A stretch of DNA of 64,000 nt from positions 21,856 through 85,855 of the forward strand of contig NW_013657670.1 of assembly GCF_000142905.1 (NCBI RefSeq), written 5' to 3'. This stretch comes from Thecamonas trahens ATCC 50062. Taxonomy: Eukaryota; Protista; Apusomonadida. Made by a program: the position numbers and the translations under genes. Each line of letters starts with the position of its first letter. Position 1 is the first letter of the stretch. Below the pieces are notes generated by a model, which was not told where the DNA came from, searched no databases, and saw only the letters and a program-made list of their open reading frames with translations. Below, in pieces: positions 1 to 10,599 of the stretch.

Positions 1-2316
1 GCCTTTCACATCTGGAAGATGGACACGTACTCGTCGTACCACACCAAGCGCATCGAGCGCGACATTACGGCCGCCTGCTTTGCCCACAACATGGACGCGT
101 TCATCACCGCCGACACTGGCGCCCGCATCATCGTCTACTCGCTCGGCTCCTTCAACGCGCTCTCCACCATGCAGCTCGGCGCTGAGCTCAACATCAACAG
201 CCTCACCTACTCGGCGGCGGCCAAGGTCCTCGTCTCCACCCACCAGGAAGCTGTCGACGGCCCGCTCCACGCCATGTCGTGGTCGCTCATCGAAATCGCC
301 CGTGAGCTGTGGTACGCCGTTGAGGCCGCTGAGGATGTGCGGGCACGGCGCGCCGCCCGCGCCGCATCGCGAGCCTCCCGCGCCCTTCCGGAGCTTCCGG
401 GTGACTCGGCAGGGGGACCGCCGCCGCCGGCCACAACCACGCCGGCATACGCGGCGCTGGTGGCTGCCGACGAGTCCGATGCTCACGCCGACCTCGCACC
501 GGTAGTTCTCTCGCAGGCGCAGGCGTACCTCCGCGGCCTCGACGATGAGGTGGCGCGGGTGACCGGTGTGCCCAACGAGGCTGACGACGAGGCCGAGTCG
601 GCGGCCGAGGCGCGCGCCCGCCACGAGGCTGCCGTCCGGGCGCGGGTTCAGCGGCTCGCGCGCGGGCGCGGCTTTGGCACCGGCTCGCGAGTTGAGGGCG
701 GCTCGTCGGCCTCCCAGTCGTCGGCGAGCAAGCTCAACCGGGCCCGCTGCCTTCGGGTCACCGACGCCCTGCCGCTGCACGAGCTCCACGGCCGCAGCAC
801 ACCCGACGACTACCGGAGGGTGGTCGACGAGCGGAGACGGCGGAAGCGCGCCAGCGCCATTCGCTTTCCGCGGCACGTCTCGGGCGATCGCAACCAAGTG
901 CTCACCAACCTCAACGCCTTTACCATGCACGTCTGGCCAGGCTCGAACGAATACGTGACGGCGGTGGCAGTGTCGGAGCCAGTCCCGGCGCTGCTATTTG
1001 GCACCCAAAGCGGGCGGGTCAAAGCCTACTCTCCTTACGGCGAATACTACGGCGAGCTGCTGCTCAAGGTCGCCGACCCGGTGTGGGACTTTCCGCTCGA
1101 CAAGCGCGAGCTCCTGCCGAAGCTTGACGAGGATGCCCACGAGGCGGTGCTGGTGGAAAAGGTGGCCGAGCTGACGTCGCCAAGTCGACGGCTCGCATCG
1201 CCGCTGCGGGCGGTCTCGGCCCCGCCACCGCGACTTGGAGCCGGCGAGTCTGACGACGAAGGGCAGAGCGATGGCGACAGGGGAAGCGCGGACGGGAGCG
1301 ATGCGACCGGCTTTGTCACGCCCGCACAGCGCGGCGGGAGCCAGCCTCCGGGAGGCGGCGCCACCCTCGATGCCCAGTATGCGAGCCACAAGTCGATGCT
1401 TGACGGCGACGACGACGACGCCATGGCGGTGGTCATGGCGCTACAGCGACCGTCGAACCGCGGGCGGCGCAAAGTCGAGTACATGAAGGAGAAGGAGCGG
1501 TACATGGGCGCGCTCTCGCCGTTCTACAACGAGCTCAAGCGCTCGAGCTACCAGCCGCAGGTTGTCCGCCCGTTCTTCCTCCCCAAGTCGTCGACCAACG
1601 TTCGCCAGGACGCCATGATCCGCGGGCGCGAGTCGATGCGCTCGACCAACTTTTGGCGCATGCGTCGCGAGGCCGAGGCCAAGCAGCACGTCATCGAGGC
1701 AAACCCGCTGTGGAAGGAGTACATGATGGCCAAGAAGCGGCGGGCGAGCTCACGCAACCAAGTCTACGTCCCCACCTTTGACGGCCGCGCCAAACGGCTC
1801 GAGGCCGACGCCGACAAGCCGTGGCGGACAAGCAAGGCGCAGCCGACCGAGTCGGACTTTGGCCAGGAGAAGCGGACCGAGCTCCGCAAGCTCGCCGCAG
1901 CTGATCGGAAGCGGGCACAGGCCGAGGCCGAGGCCGCCATCCGTAGCGAGGAGGCGGGACGGAAGCGGGCGGCGGTGGCCAAGGCCGCCAAGGCCGCCAA
2001 GGCTGCACAAGCGCTGCGCAAAGCGTCGGGCTCCGCCGGTCGCCTTGCCCGCCCTCTCGACGCCGAGAGCCGCTCGCAGCTCACCCGTCAGAACACGCTC
2101 AAACGTCTGCAGCGGACACTCGGCGGCAGCCTCTCGTCGCTTAACAAGCGCGAGTCACCCGGCATGTCATCGCGCCGGCTGCAGCTCAGCGGCAGTGGCG
2201 GCGGGCAGCACTCGGTGAGGGGCAAGCGGCGTGAGCAGCGAAGCCAGAGCCAAAAGGCGTCGCGGCGCATGTCGCGCCGCGGCGCGCAGTTTGCGGCTCT
2301 CAAGAACACGCCGTAG
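1..2316 (+). CDS. Hypothetical protein, 3' part; WD40-like beta segments followed by a long low-complexity, basic C-terminus
   Basis: 765-aa ORF whose frame is open to the window edge. WD-like segments (FITADTGARIIVYS; LLFGTQSGRVKAYS) and strong codon bias. Probably starts upstream of the window. Confidence 0.6.
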   Translation, partial: AFHIWKMDTYSSYHTKRIERDITAACFAHNMDAFITADTGARIIVYSLGSFNALSTMQLGAELNINSLTYSAAAKVLVSTHQEAVDGPLHAMSWSLIEIARELWYAVEAAEDVRARRAARAASRASRALPELPGDSAGGPPPPATTTPAYAALVAADESDAHADLAPVVLSQAQAYLRGLDDEVARVTGVPNEADDEAESAAEARARHEAAVRARVQRLARGRGFGTGSRVEGGSSASQSSASKLNRARCLRVTDALPLHELHGRSTPDDYRRVVDERRRRKRASAIRFPRHVSGDRNQVLTNLNAFTMHVWPGSNEYVTAVAVSEPVPALLFGTQSGRVKAYSPYGEYYGELLLKVADPVWDFPLDKRELLPKLDEDAHEAVLVEKVAELTSPSRRLASPLRAVSAPPPRLGAGESDDEGQSDGDRGSADGSDATGFVTPAQRGGSQPPGGGATLDAQYASHKSMLDGDDDDAMAVVMALQRPSNRGRRKVEYMKEKERYMGALSPFYNELKRSSYQPQVVRPFFLPKSSTNVRQDAMIRGRESMRSTNFWRMRREAEAKQHVIEANPLWKEYMMAKKRRASSRNQVYVPTFDGRAKRLEADADKPWRTSKAQPTESDFGQEKRTELRKLAAADRKRAQAEAEAAIRSEEAGRKRAAVAKAAKAAKAAQALRKASGSAGRLARPLDAESRSQLTRQNTLKRLQRTLGGSLSSLNKRESPGMSSRRLQLSGSGGGQHSVRGKRREQRSQSQKASRRMSRRGAQFAALKNTP

Positions 2317-2359
2317 CGCGTCATCCTCCCGCTTCAACCAAGCGCGAGCTGTGTATGAT

Positions 2360-2929
2360 TTACTTGTCGCCGCTACCACCGGCCAGCTCGTAGGCGGCAA
2401 CCATGGACCACTCGGAATGGACGCCGGCAGTGTCCCACAGCTCGAGGCGCGAGACGGTGAACGACTCGCCATCGTGCTTGGGCCCGATGGCCGCAGCCAT
2501 GCGCTCGCGGCTCTCAAGATCGATGTCTGCGTAAACAAGCGAGAGGTGCGGCATGTAGCCGGCGTACTTGTCGACGTCGGCGACGGCAAGAGCCGTCTTG
2601 GCCGTCTCAAAGGCCGCAAGGACGTCGGCGGTGGGATCGATGCGGAGAAAGACGCAGCGGAACATCGAGTCTGGCAGAACATCGACTCCGGTGACCACCA
2701 TCTCATACGGTCCAACAGCAGCTGCAATGGCCTCGCATCCACGGCGGGCATCAGCTTCGGTCACACTCTCCGGCAGTCCGCCGAGCAGAGTAACGTGCGG
2801 CGGGAACGGCGGTGTGTTGACTTCGGCCGACGCTTCCACGATGGTTGCTGCAAAGCTCGCGGCAACCGGCTCGGGCGGGACGAGCCACAGCGAGTATCCG
2901 CTGAATGCTTGACCCGTGGGGCTGGACAT
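2360..2929 (-). CDS. 2H phosphoesterase / cyclic phosphodiesterase (CPDase-like)
   Basis: Starts MSSPTGQAFSGYSLWLVP and has two HxT/S motifs (FPPHVTL, YMPHLSLVY). The longer 507-aa ORF is an artefact of the upstream repeat. Confidence 0.85.
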   Translation of the reverse strand: MSSPTGQAFSGYSLWLVPPEPVAASFAATIVEASAEVNTPPFPPHVTLLGGLPESVTEADARRGCEAIAAAVGPYEMVVTGVDVLPDSMFRCVFLRIDPTADVLAAFETAKTALAVADVDKYAGYMPHLSLVYADIDLESRERMAAAIGPKHDGESFTVSRLELWDTAGVHSEWSMVAAYELAGGSGDK

Positions 2930-2930
2930 G

Positions 2931-2966
2931 GAGAGAGAGAGAGAGAGAGAGTGTGTGTGTGAGAGA
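2931..2966. repeat. (GA)n(GT)n microsatellite immediately upstream of the CPDase start codon
   Basis: Dinucleotide runs visible directly. Confidence 0.9.
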
Positions 2967-3075
2967 GGTGCGGCTCTGGCCTCTGCACGCACCTGATTCT
3001 GGCTGGCGACGACTGGGGTTGTGGCTGATGGCTGTTGGCGACAGGCAGGTGTGGGGAACGATTGCTGGCGACGAC

Positions 3076-3810
3076 TGCTGGCGATGACCAACGAGACCTG
3101 ATGACGATGATTGCTGGCGATGACCAACGAGACCTGATGACGATGATTGCTGGCGATGACCGACGAGACCTGATGACGATGATTGCTGGCGATGACCAAC
3201 GAGACCTGATGACGATGATTGCTGGCGATGACCGACGAGACCTGATGACGATGATTGCTGGCGATGACCGACGAGACCTGATGACGATGATTGCTGGCGA
3301 TGACCGACGAGACCTGATGACGATGATTGCTGGCGATGACCGACGAGACCTGATGACGATGATTGCTGGCGATGACCGACGAGACCTGATGACGATGATT
3401 GCTGGCGATGACCGACGAGACCTGATGACGATGATTGCTGGCGATGACCGACGAGACCTGATGACGATGATTGCTGGCGATGACCGACGAGACCTGATGA
3501 CGATGATTGCTGGCGATGACCAACGAGACCTGATGACGATGATTGCTGGCGATGACCGACGAGACCTGATGACGATGATTGCTGGCGATGACCGACGAGA
3601 CCTGATGACGATGATTGCTGGCGATGACCAACGAGACCTGATGACGATGATTGCTGGCGATGACCGACGAGACCTGATGACAATGATTGCTGGCGATGAC
3701 CGACGAGACCTGATGACGATGATTGCTGGCGATGACCGACGAGACCTGATGACGATGATTGTTGGCGATGACCGACGAGACCTGATGACGATGATTGCTG
3801 GCGATGACCA
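3076..3810. repeat. 36-bp tandem minisatellite, about 20 copies
   Basis: Unit GATGATTGCTGGCGATGACC(G/A)ACGAGACCTGATGAC. Sequence lines recur every 180 nt (5 x 36). No spacers. Confidence 0.97.
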
Positions 3811-3964
3811 TACCCGACGACTGCAGCCGATGGCCACAATCACTGTCCACAGCCGGTGACCATGACCGCAGGCCGATGACCACAGGCCCGACTCCCCTCC
3901 CTCCTCCTCCCTCCCTCCCTCCCCCCCCCTACCACCACCACACACACTGCACTCCAAACGGACC

Positions 3965-4941
3965 ATGGCCACAGGCTACCTCTCTACATCATCTGCATCT
4001 TTGTCGGTGACAGCAGAGTCGGTCGAGTCCACCAGCTCAGTCCGCGGGCGTCGGCAGCGGCGGCGCAAGTCGAGTCGGACAGAGGCGGATGACGGCGACG
4101 GATGGATGGAGGTGCGCAAGGCGGAGGAGATGGAAGGAATGGAGAACGTCTCGCATGTCATCATCGACAAGACAGGAACGCTGACGTCGGCTCGGAACGA
4201 GGACGAGCCGCTGCGATCGGCAAGGAGGGCGGCGAGTGCCCTTCGATCCGGCGCCTGTGGCAGCTGCCCGTCGGTGGTGGTGTGCGAGACGGGCGATGGT
4301 TGGGCAAGCACCATGGACGCAGGGCATGCTCTGGGCTTGTGGGATGGCCATGATCCGAGCTGGATTCGTTGGACCTCGGACGATCTGCTGGATGCCGACG
4401 CTGCCGACCACGCCGTCGCTGAGGCGACCCACTGTCGCGCCGAGGCCGACGGGCGCATGCTGCTTGCCCTCGACGCCTCAATCTTTGACGTCCTAGCTCT
4501 CCGCGCCGCTCGCAAGTCACGAAGGAGGTTTGTTCGGCTACTGAAGCCAGACGCCTCTCTCGGCTCGCCCATCGTCGTCTGCTTCAACATGCTTCCGCGC
4601 CACAAGGAGCACCTCGTCGCCCTCATCAAGCGGTTTGACCCGGACGCCTTTGTTGCTGCCTTTGTCGCCGACCCCACCTACGGCGCGACTCTGGCCGAAG
4701 CCGCAGACCTCGCCGTCGCCGTCGATCCGCATCTCACCCAGCCAAAGATCCCGCGCCCGCCCGGGTTCGACGACACCCTCGGTGTCTCGGCGGCGGTCGT
4801 CATTCCGTCTCTTGCCGGCCTCCCGCGGTGCTCAACTACGATCCGAGACAATGGGACACAGGCTCGTCGGCTGACTCGACTCTCTCCACCTCCACCTCTT
4901 CTTACTCGCTTGCTCGCCGCAGCGGCTGCTGCTGCGGCTGA
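3965..4941 (+). CDS. Stand-alone, degenerate P4-type ATPase phosphorylation (P/HAD) domain protein; probable 1-nt frameshift at 4822-4824
   Basis: Contains IIDKTGTLT, TGD, VVCFNMLPRHKEHLV (compare flippase VVCCRvSPxQK) and a decayed GDGAND region. Adding one C gives ...LPAVLNYDPRQW...RRSGCCCG* ending at 4941, 5 nt from the stop of the convergent gene. Confidence 0.6.
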
Positions 4942-4946
4942 GCGCG

Positions 4947-7900
4947 CTACTGCTGGCCAAAAATCTCTGTTGTCGATGGCACGTGTACCGGCTTGGGCGG
5001 GAGCGCGCCAGGAGTGGTCGTTGGTCGCGACAGCGCTGCGCCGGCAAACCCGATTGGCGGCGGCGGCTTGGGCGGAAGGGTTGTGGTGTGGACAAATAGC
5101 CGCGGCGTGGCGGCCGCCACCGGCACATCCCCCGCTGCCAGCAGCTCCTCGGCGTCGGCCACGCCGACCGAGGTCGCGTCGGACTCGGCGCCGGCGCCAA
5201 AGTCGTACGCGGCAATGTCGGCATCTAGAGCTGCGTTCACTCCGTACGCGGCCTCGGGCGGTTTGTGCGCGTCATCGTCATCGTCGCTTCCGGAGCAGAC
5301 CGCGATCACAATGCCAAGAATGATGCATGCGAGGCAGATACCGGCCACTGCCGCCACCACCGCAATGAGCGTCATGTCGATGCCTCCGCCGCTCGGCGGC
5401 GATGCATTCGCCGCCACTCGGCCCGAAACCGGCGCCACCAGCACCGTCGCACTCACGCCGCCGCGCACAGCCACAGCGCCGAGGGCGTCCGTCAGCCGCG
5501 CCACAAACCGGATCTCGCGCACGCTATCGTCCGCTGCCGCGTACCCGGCCAGCACCTCCAGCGACACGCTGCCAGGCGCGCTGCCCACCGCCGCAGAGCT
5601 GTTGAGCGTCGTGCTACTGGCCACGTCTTCGACACTGACATCAAACGCAAGGCTTCCGGTCCCGCCGATCGCATCAACAACGCTCACCACAACACTCTCG
5701 CCCACGGTACGAACGCCCGACCCGGCAACCTCGACTCTGGCGCTTGGCTGCGGATTGATCCGCACCGCCGCCAGCGTCGCCTGCCCCTGCGAACCGAGTG
5801 CGTCGCGTACTGTCACCGCTACGTCGACTTGGCCATCAGTCTCGGTCCCGGCCACCCACGCGCTTGACCGCCAGGCCGCACCTCGCTCTGCATCGCCGGT
5901 GACCAGCACCGCGCCGTCCACCGCCACGCTCGCGGCCAGCTCGCCAGTCCCGCCGTCGACGTCTGCCACCGCTCTTAGCTGCAGGCCAGCAGTCACTGCG
6001 CCGCCAACAATGTCGACGCCGGCCACAGTCTCGAGCCGCAGGCCCGTGATGCTCACCGGTGGCGCGATCGCCGCGCCAGGCGTCACAAACGAGAGCGATT
6101 GCGCGCCGTGCGCATCCGTGACGCTCAGCGCAAGCGCAACGAGCGACGCGCGGTTGTACAGTGGCGGCGTCGCCGCAAAGTCGTAGCTGAAAATGAAGCT
6201 CTGCGGCGCGAGCTCAACCGCGGCCGCCGAGGCAACCAACACAGTGCCTGGCGCGCTGGCGTCGACAACGTCGACCACCGCGCTCATCAGCGGCGCAATG
6301 CCGTGAATGACGCTGGCCGAGAACGTAATCGTCACGCCAGCCGTGGTGTTGGCCAAGCTCGGCACCACAACGTCCACCAGCGGGCGCGGCACGATTGTGA
6401 CGACACTTGAGGCGTTGACCAGCGGTGCGGTCCAGCCCGATGCGTCGACCACTGCACTGTGGAGCGTGTAGTCACCAACAGTGCTTGGAACGGGAACGAG
6501 GACGGTGGTTTCGGCAGCAGTAATCGGCACAATCGTGACAAGTCCGCGCTCCCCGTCCAGTCTCTCCAACCAGACACTGGCGTGGTATGGCGGCTGGCCG
6601 CCCGACGCACTTGCGATGGTGACCGAGAGCGGATCAGCACCGACCGACGTTATGTTGGCACGACCCGCCGACATACTTCCGGCAATTAGTGCCGGGTAGA
6701 GCGTGAGCGGGAGGAGGAGTGGGTGCCCAAGCCCACCGAGCGCGTCACGGGCGGTGATGCTGATGTTGGCAAAGGTGACAGATGCAACCGGGAGCGGGCC
6801 GACGGCGACAACGCCATCAGGCGAAAGGACCAGGCCCGGAAACGAGAACAGGACCACGCCGGATGGAAAGCTGATAATTGCTACATCGTACGTGAACTCG
6901 CTTGGAACTCCGTGGCCTCCCGACACGCTGCCAACCGTCAGATTGAGTAGCGCGCCCGAAGTCAGCGACTGGCTCGTCATGGACATGCCCGTTGTGTCTA
7001 TCGTCGGGCGGAGCGCCAGCGAGAGGACCGACGACATGTTGGCGGGAATGTCGAGGACGGCGCCAACGCTGTCGACAACACGGACGTAAAAGACAACGTT
7101 GGAGCCGAGTGCGATGACGTCGGCATCGCTAAACGTCACAGCCAGACCGGTAGCCGGCAGCGAGGCGATGGTCGAGTACAAAGTGGTGACGTTGCCTGCG
7201 CGCGGCTCGCTGGCCTGGGCATGAGCAACAATTGTGAGCGCAAACGGCGGCGTGCCGCCACTAAACGCAACGGTGAGTGGCGCGGGAGTGCCTGCGGTGG
7301 TGCGTGTCGTGGTCCAGGTCGCCACAACCGGGTCGGGCGTAGCGGGCCCGCCGCCAGGACTGAGCGGGCGGTTGACAACCAGATTCGTGGCTAGCGCAAA
7401 CATGGGCACGCCCAGCGCATCGGCGCCGGTCACCGACACATTGTACACCTCCGGCACGGAAAGGGTAACGTCGGCAAGGAAGATCCAGTCAGCGGCAGCG
7501 GCAATGGAGTGGTGCGAGGTCCACACTGCCTCGCCTGATGGAAGTGCGATGACAAGGGTGGCGTTGATCGGGAGCACGCCGCCTGCTGTGAGGTAGGTGG
7601 AGACCACCGTGGAGACGTTTGCAGTGGTGGTGGCCGGGGTGAGTGCGGAGAACGCCGCCGGCGGAACGAGTTGCCACGCAGGCGAGACGACTGGCGCAGC
7701 TTCGGCTCCGCGGCCGTCCGTGATCGTGACCCGGAAGGCCCAGCTGGAGTAGGGAGCCCAGTGTGACGAGGGGACGACTGCGTTGTGGACAAGATCAAGC
7801 GGCGCAGGCGTCGGGCCGGCGATGGTGTACGAGGCGGTTGCAACTGTTGAGCCGTTTGAGAGCGAAACAAGCTCGATGGCGAGGTTGGCCGATGGGGTGT

Positions 7901-8753
7901 CGAAGACCAGCTGCGAGACGACCAGGCTTGCATTGGCCGAGTAGGTCAGGAGCGGGCCGGACGCTAGCGACAAGTTGAACGATGGAGCCGGAAAGAGCTC
8001 GAGCCGGGCCGGAGCCTCGACGACGACCGAGCCGCGCTCGGTGTTGGTGATGACGACGTAGATCCTGAGGAGGGTGGGGATGGCAGCCGGATGAAGGTCT
8101 CCAGCTTCGAACGGCTCTGTGTAGAACGGGGAGATATACAACGGGTTGGTTTTGGTCGGCCCGCGGGTGCCAAGGAAGTTGGTCACTGCGTACGGCGGCG
8201 ATGACTTGCGGATCTCAAAGTCGCCCGGATCAAAGGTGCCGCCGCCGGTAAAGCTCACGGAGGCGCCGATCTTCTGGCCGACAAACGCAGTAGCCGGCGC
8301 GACAGAGATGTGACCGCTTGGCCTCGGACGGACGTCAAGCTGGAGCACGTTTGACGGATCAGAGACAAGGCCCGAGTCGAGGTAGTGGACAAAGGCGAGG
8401 CAGTCGTAGACGTCCACAACTGCGGACGCGGTGACGTTGTCGGCGGACCAGACCGTAGAGCCGATGACGATGTGCGTGAGGGCAGTGACATTGCCAAGCG
8501 TCTGTCCCACGCATGTGATGTTGAACGAGCATCCGCTTGGCGCTGGACAGGTGGATGAGATGGAGACGATGAGCGGGACCTTGTCGCCGGCCGTGACCAG
8601 GCGAGAAGTCTCTGATGATGAGCTGCGAAAGGTGAGAGTGGGCAATGTGGCGGCCACAAGCGACGACTGCGAAGAGAGCACAAGCACAATGTGCATGCCT
8701 ACTGCTACCATAACCAAAGTTCTACCCACCGCACCTCTGCTCCACCCCGCCAT
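4947..8753 (-). CDS. Large type I membrane protein with tandem Ig/PKD-like beta-sandwich repeats and a Pro-rich tail
   Basis: N-terminal hydrophobic signal; recurring GGxxP(Y/F)...(V/T)DxxG repeats; single TM helix (LIAVVAAVAGICLACIILGIVIAVC); PPKP motifs in the tail. Confidence 0.75.
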   Translation of the reverse strand: MAGWSRGAVGRTLVMVAVGMHIVLVLSSQSSLVAATLPTLTFRSSSSETSRLVTAGDKVPLIVSISSTCPAPSGCSFNITCVGQTLGNVTALTHIVIGSTVWSADNVTASAVVDVYDCLAFVHYLDSGLVSDPSNVLQLDVRPRPSGHISVAPATAFVGQKIGASVSFTGGGTFDPGDFEIRKSSPPYAVTNFLGTRGPTKTNPLYISPFYTEPFEAGDLHPAAIPTLLRIYVVITNTERGSVVVEAPARLELFPAPSFNLSLASGPLLTYSANASLVVSQLVFDTPSANLAIELVSLSNGSTVATASYTIAGPTPAPLDLVHNAVVPSSHWAPYSSWAFRVTITDGRGAEAAPVVSPAWQLVPPAAFSALTPATTTANVSTVVSTYLTAGGVLPINATLVIALPSGEAVWTSHHSIAAAADWIFLADVTLSVPEVYNVSVTGADALGVPMFALATNLVVNRPLSPGGGPATPDPVVATWTTTRTTAGTPAPLTVAFSGGTPPFALTIVAHAQASEPRAGNVTTLYSTIASLPATGLAVTFSDADVIALGSNVVFYVRVVDSVGAVLDIPANMSSVLSLALRPTIDTTGMSMTSQSLTSGALLNLTVGSVSGGHGVPSEFTYDVAIISFPSGVVLFSFPGLVLSPDGVVAVGPLPVASVTFANISITARDALGGLGHPLLLPLTLYPALIAGSMSAGRANITSVGADPLSVTIASASGGQPPYHASVWLERLDGERGLVTIVPITAAETTVLVPVPSTVGDYTLHSAVVDASGWTAPLVNASSVVTIVPRPLVDVVVPSLANTTAGVTITFSASVIHGIAPLMSAVVDVVDASAPGTVLVASAAAVELAPQSFIFSYDFAATPPLYNRASLVALALSVTDAHGAQSLSFVTPGAAIAPPVSITGLRLETVAGVDIVGGAVTAGLQLRAVADVDGGTGELAASVAVDGAVLVTGDAERGAAWRSSAWVAGTETDGQVDVAVTVRDALGSQGQATLAAVRINPQPSARVEVAGSGVRTVGESVVVSVVDAIGGTGSLAFDVSVEDVASSTTLNSSAAVGSAPGSVSLEVLAGYAAADDSVREIRFVARLTDALGAVAVRGGVSATVLVAPVSGRVAANASPPSGGGIDMTLIAVVAAVAGICLACIILGIVIAVCSGSDDDDDAHKPPEAAYGVNAALDADIAAYDFGAGAESDATSVGVADAEELLAAGDVPVAAATPRLFVHTTTLPPKPPPPIGFAGAALSRPTTTPGALPPKPVHVPSTTEIFGQQ

Positions 8754-9156
8754 GTGTCGCTCAACTGGCGTCGAGTGCAGTGCCGCTGTGCTGCGGCTCG
8801 GTCGCCGACTCGGTCTACCGAACAACCCTTTGTCAGCCGGCTATTTGGTTCGGCTGTGGGCGGATCGCCGGGTGGTTTGCCGAGGTGCAGGGGGGGGGGG
8901 GGGAGGGGGGAACAAAGCGATTGGGTGGGGTGGGCTACAGAATCCAGTAGACGCGATGCAGCTGCTGATGTCCACATGTACGTGCATGTATGGATGCGTA
9001 GTCATGTCGTGCAGGATCGGCTGTGTGGCAGACCGCACAGCGAATCCTTCCCCGAGGTGCCGCTCATCAATGGAGGGCGGGTGGTCGGAACGCGGCAGTT
9101 GGCCGACAACGGTCCAAGCAGGCGACGGCGGGGCGGCAAGACCGCTCTTGGGCGGG

Positions 9157-10089
9157 ATGTCACGCTTCCAGAAGTACGCACAACACCACGGGTACAACCG
9201 GTCGCCGGGTGGGCCATATGCACGGGCGACGCATGCGGGCGCGTCACCTGTGCCGGAAGACCGGCAATGGGCGTCCGAGCTTGCGGCGTACGAGCGGTCG
9301 AGGTCGGCGCTCGGCTTCCGTCTTCCGAGCGAGACGCCGCATCGTGTGACGCATGCAGAGGTCAAGGCGGTCGAGGCTGCCTTCAATCCGCTGACCGGAA
9401 GGTACACCGATCCGGATCATGAGCTGGCCGTGCGGTCTCGGGAGCAGGCGGTGCGATCGCAGAAGGTGAGGACCTCGGGCGCTCTGGCCAAGCAGAGAGA
9501 TCGGACACCGTACAACATCTTGTCCAACATTGATCACGGCGCGGCGGTAGCTTCGCCGACCGCAAGGCTCTCGCGGGCGGATCCGTATGGCCATGGCGGA
9601 CAGAGCCCACCGCCGGCGGCCTTGCCCCCGCAGCACGCTGCCGGGCGGCGTTCGATCTCGGACCGATCGACGGCGCGAGTCTCGCCGCCGCGGGTGACTG
9701 CCAACCACAGCAACTACACCTACGACATTATCGGCGGCCAGCCGCTGGCGTCTGATGCCGAGCGGGTCTCGCCGCTGGTGCGGTCTGGTGCGCGACAGCC
9801 GCCACCACAGTACGGGTCCGGGAGAAGCGCGCCGGCCTCGCATCGCCATCCACCGCCGCCTCGCGCGCCTTCGCGGTCGTACAACATCCTCACCTGCGAG
9901 GAAGAGCGGTCGGCGCCGCGACGGGCTGGCCCAAGTCGCAGCCACGACGGTAACATCGTGCTGCCGGCCAAGGGCAAGGCGCCCTTTCACACCTCGCAGT
10001 CGATTGTCGACTACAACATCATCACCGGCCGGTCGTCGTCCTCGCTTGGCACCCGCGGTGGCAAATACCGTCTGCCATACACACCGTAA
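9157..10089 (+). CDS. Hypothetical disordered protein with repeated (Y/F)(N/D)(I/P)(I/L)(T/S/G) motifs
   Basis: ORF from MSRFQKYAQHH; five motif copies in a Pro/Ser/Arg-rich background. Confidence 0.6.
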   Translation: MSRFQKYAQHHGYNRSPGGPYARATHAGASPVPEDRQWASELAAYERSRSALGFRLPSETPHRVTHAEVKAVEAAFNPLTGRYTDPDHELAVRSREQAVRSQKVRTSGALAKQRDRTPYNILSNIDHGAAVASPTARLSRADPYGHGGQSPPPAALPPQHAAGRRSISDRSTARVSPPRVTANHSNYTYDIIGGQPLASDAERVSPLVRSGARQPPPQYGSGRSAPASHRHPPPPRAPSRSYNILTCEEERSAPRRAGPSRSHDGNIVLPAKGKAPFHTSQSIVDYNIITGRSSSSLGTRGGKYRLPYTP

Positions 10090-10599
10090 TCGTCCGTCGA
10101 CACCACGTGTTCTCACGCCTGTGGTCACGGAGAACCGCCGCCGGGCGCCCTCACGTTGTGCCCCCCCCTTAAACCCAAGCCAAGCCACCAACAGCACACA
10201 GCTCGACAGCCCACACCACAGCAGCAACAGGCACATGCCAGCCGACATGGATGCCATCGGTTGCGATCTCGTGCCATGATGCACTCATCAAGATCCACGT
10301 CAGCGGACGTCAGCCTGAGCACGCGTCAGGCATTCGTCACCCGTCGAGTGGTGTCACGCGGTGAGGCCGACGGAAGAGGGGGTGGACGACAGGTCGTACG
10401 CAGCACACTCAACTCGCACGAGATCCTGTGTCTGTGGGAGGAGGAGGAGGAGGATGTTCAAGTCTCTCAAGTCTATGTTTTCTGGAAGCAAGGGAAGGGC
10501 GAGGAAGGGAGGGTGCATGGCGGTTCGCAGGCAGGGAGCTCGGCATCGAGCGGGCGAGGTGGCGGCTCGGGTGCGTACACGCGACCACCGCCGGACGAT

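Noticed and set aside
3076-3810. CRISPR array or tandem hammerhead ribozymes (36-bp unit containing CTGATGA)
   Set aside because: The units are contiguous with no spacers and no cas genes are nearby. The hammerhead GAAA and stems II/III are absent.
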